DNA of 64,000 bases from Octopus sinensis (lineage: Eukaryota): assembly GCF_006345805.1 (NCBI RefSeq), contig NC_043021.1, positions 496,001-560,000 on the forward strand. Direction: 5' to 3'. Of this stretch, positions 60,778 to 64,000 are shown in pieces. How positions within the stretch are numbered: position 1 is the first letter of the stretch; each line of letters begins with the position of its first letter. The notes below the pieces were generated by a model. It made no database searches. It saw only the letters and a list, made by a program, of their open reading frames with translations, and was not told where the DNA came from. The position numbers and the translations under genes were made by a program.

Positions 60778-63700
60778 CTGAAAGACTGGAGCCAGGAAAA
60801 GAGAAATAAAGATTGACAGAACAGAAATACACTACAAATATTCTTTTCTACTCTAGGCACAAGGCCCAAAATTTTAGGGGAGGTGGCCAGTCAATTAGAT
60901 CGACCCTAGTGTGCAACTGGTACTTAATTTATCAACCCCAAAAGGCTGAACGGTGGAATTTGAACTCAGAACGTAAAGAACAAACAGAAATACACCACAA
61001 ATATTTCTTTGCATAAGACATGGGATGATGGGGAGTTGTCATGCACAGAAATACACACACATGGGTTCCTCAGTGTGTGTTTGTGTGTATAAATGGCCAG
61101 GCACTCATATACAGATAAATATATACATATGTGTATATATATATATATATAATTTACTGTTAATAAAAACCAGGGTGCGTTGCGTTCTGTTACTTAATAA
61201 GTGAGAAAATGTATAGTAAATGCACAAACAGAAAACGGACACAGAATGTCCCTAATTCTTCATCAGTTATCAACCAGATAACCAGATGGTAGCTTTGCAC
61301 CATTCAGGATATATCATACATACATACATATATATATATATATATGTATTACACACACACACAACATGCATAAATACAGGTCATATACCAAGAAACACAC
61401 ACACACATATGCATGGTCGTGTGGTAAGAATGTTGCTTGCAAACTACATCGTTCTCAGTTCAGTCCCACTGTATGGCATCTCAGACAAGTGTTTACTGTA
61501 GTCTAAAGCCCTGTGAATGGATTTGTTATATGGAAACTAAAAGAAGCCCATTGTATACAAATGTGCGTGTGTGTGTGTGTGTGTGTGTGAGAAAGTTACT
61601 GTTTCCTTGCTTTGACATCACATGATTGTTGTAAACGAATGTCACCATCACGCAAGTGATGTCCTCAGTTTCCAATCTTCCATGAAAACATGTCTGGTCA
61701 TGGAGAAATATTACTTTACTCAGAAATAGGTGAGGGTTGGTGACAGGAAGGGCATCCAATTGTAGAAAGATCTTCCACAAGTTCCATGTGATCCATAGCC
61801 AGCAGGGAAAAGTAGATGTTGAAACGATCACGCACACACACCCACCCACCCACACACATGAAGAAACTCTACCACTCCTTTAGTCTCAAATGCTACCTTA
61901 TCTGTTGCTCCACCACTTCACCACCACCTTATAAGAAAGAGAAAAACTAGAATATGGGGGCTCTCTTGATTAGTAGGGTTGTATACATGACAGATCACGA
62001 ACTAAGGTGTTTAGAAGTTTGCTAAGCAACTGCATGGTTTCAATCCCAACACACAGCATCTTGCACTAATGTCTTCTACAAAAGTCCCAGGTAAACCAAA
62101 ATATTATAAGCGTTTCAAGTCCGAATTGGTAGATTTAATCCATCCAGAAAGAAATCATCATCAGTTAATGTCCACTTTCCATGCCAGCATTGGTTGGACA
62201 GCTCGACATGGAGCTGTCCAGCCTCCAACTGTCTATTGTGGCATGGTTTCTATGGCTGGATGCCCTTCCTAACACCAGCCACTTTACAGAGTGTGCTGGG
62301 AGCATTTTATGTGGTACCAGCACAGGTGCATTTACTCATCACTGGCAGAGGTGCTTTTTATGTGGCACCAGCACAAATGAAAATTAAAAATATGGAGACA
62401 CAGAACCGGTAGATGACCAGATGTGGTACTGAAGTGGTAGAACTGGTAGAGTAACATTTAGTTAGATCTAAACATCAAAACACACTGAGCTCATTCTTCT
62501 GGATATAAAACGTCTTAGTTATGTCAACTTCTCCTTTCACCCTTCCACAGACACAGAACACAACAGTTATAGATATACATTCTATTACAGAGGGATGTGA
62601 TACAGTGAGAGGGGGGTGCTATGCTAAGAAATGTAAAGCTGAGCCAGGAAGAAAGAACGAGAAGTACCTGTTCATTCTTTCCCCCCAGCTCAACTTTACT
62701 TCTCTTAGCATAGCACCCTCTCTCACGTTCCTACAAAGGTGTCACCCTGTCGCATCCCTCTGTAGTAGACCATGAGCATGTTGCCTGAGATACACCAATG
62801 TTTTTTACACATAACACAATACAGACATATGACATATATACAAGATTATACAAAACACAAAAGACATCCAGCGCTGCAGACATACAAGCACAGTCATAGC
62901 TGGACTACAACGGTCATTCCTCAGCCCACCACCATCATATCATTGTTTCTCTGACCTTCAACTAACCCTCTACACCAGTGGGTCACAACTGGGTCCACAT
63001 GACCATTGCGGAGCCATATAAGATTTTCTTATTAAAAATTTAAGTGCAATAAATTGGTTAAACTTCTGCAATGCACAAAATAATCTGACAATATTTTTAT
63101 ACAATTCCAAATAATATTTAATTCAAAAATGATTTTTTTTTTAAACATCAAACGGTCATAAGGGTGGAGCAGAGTAAAATAGGAATTAAAGGTGGTACAA
63201 AGGTAACAAAAAAAAAAAAGGTTGAGAATCATTACTCTACACTCTGGCCCTCAACTAGATTCTGCAGCACATCAGAAACCACCATCAGACAGATCTTTGC
63301 AACTGATCCCCTACAGGGAACTCTACCAAACCTTCAACTCTCTCTCTCTCTCTCTCTCTCTCTCAACTTATGCATCACAACTCACCAGAAAGCACCATAG
63401 TTACACCTTCCTCTCTCTCTAGTACTCCACTAACCCTCCATAGGGATCAACATCATATTGTTGAGACCGAACATGGTGATAGACAATACAATGGACTGCA
63501 GTGTCTCAAATGACCAGAGACTAAGCCAGTGTTTACATCATCATCCTACCCAAATTCTCATCAAAATATAAGACAAGTGACACTATGAATGAAAAGCAAT
63601 GTTGTAATGGAATGCCTCGCAGTCTGACAAAGATACCGATTTGGTGTTGGAAACAGGTTGTGGAGAACATCAGTGATCTCATTCAGGCCTTCATTAGGCC

Positions 63701-64000
63701 CAATTGCCCATCACTTCAGATCTTATGACACGTTTGACTGAAATGATGAGCAGAAGCCCCACCAAAGAAAGTGATTAGTGGACTTTGAACAGACCCTATG
63801 ACCTCGGCAGGCTCACTGGAGTTCAGGTTAAGCCTGAACTTCAGCTGTCAGTAAGAATATCAGTAGAGAGAGAGAATGGAGGGAGAGCAAGTTGCAGAGG
63901 ATTTTAGTTCTGGAGACAAAGGATTGAGTGTTTAGCATGGAGTGTGAGGAACATGACAACGGAAATGGTAGAACAGTTTATTAGTTCATATGTACAGGAG

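Noticed and set aside
8361-63422. Numerous 60-140 aa ORFs rich in YI/CV/HT/SL/ER runs
   Set aside because: Translations of (TA)n, (CA)n and (GA)n microsatellites and of SINEs.

Overview
AT-rich, microsatellite- and SINE-dense eukaryotic genomic DNA. The repeat families look like those of octopus/coleoid cephalopods (inference from recognition, not from a search). Most of the window (5780-56534) is one minus-strand multi-exon gene of the sulfonylurea-receptor group (ABCC8/ABCC9/Sur). I reconstructed 22 phase-consistent GT-AG coding exons by hand (3483 nt, 1161 codons): TMD0, L0, TMD1, NBD1 and the start of the NBD1-TMD2 linker. TMD2 and NBD2 were not found and presumably lie left of position 1, beyond a 5-kb higher-order minisatellite (1-5010). 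The protein is unusual. TMD0/L0 are well conserved, but the NBD1 A-loop, ABC signature (LTEGQ), D-loop (SKIE) and H-switch (VSP) are degenerate. Both cytosolic linkers flanking NBD1 carry PKA-type RRxS sites, two of them encoded by apparently duplicated 24-nt and 21-nt microexons. Introns contain tRNA-derived SINEs, RTE/R4-like LINE fragments, two mariner/Tc1 relics, hAT and piggyBac-like MITEs, two long palindromes, and a 2055-bp composite Helitron that splits a hAT MITE at an A|T site. Exon coordinates were counted by hand; repeat boundaries are approximate unless termini are quoted.
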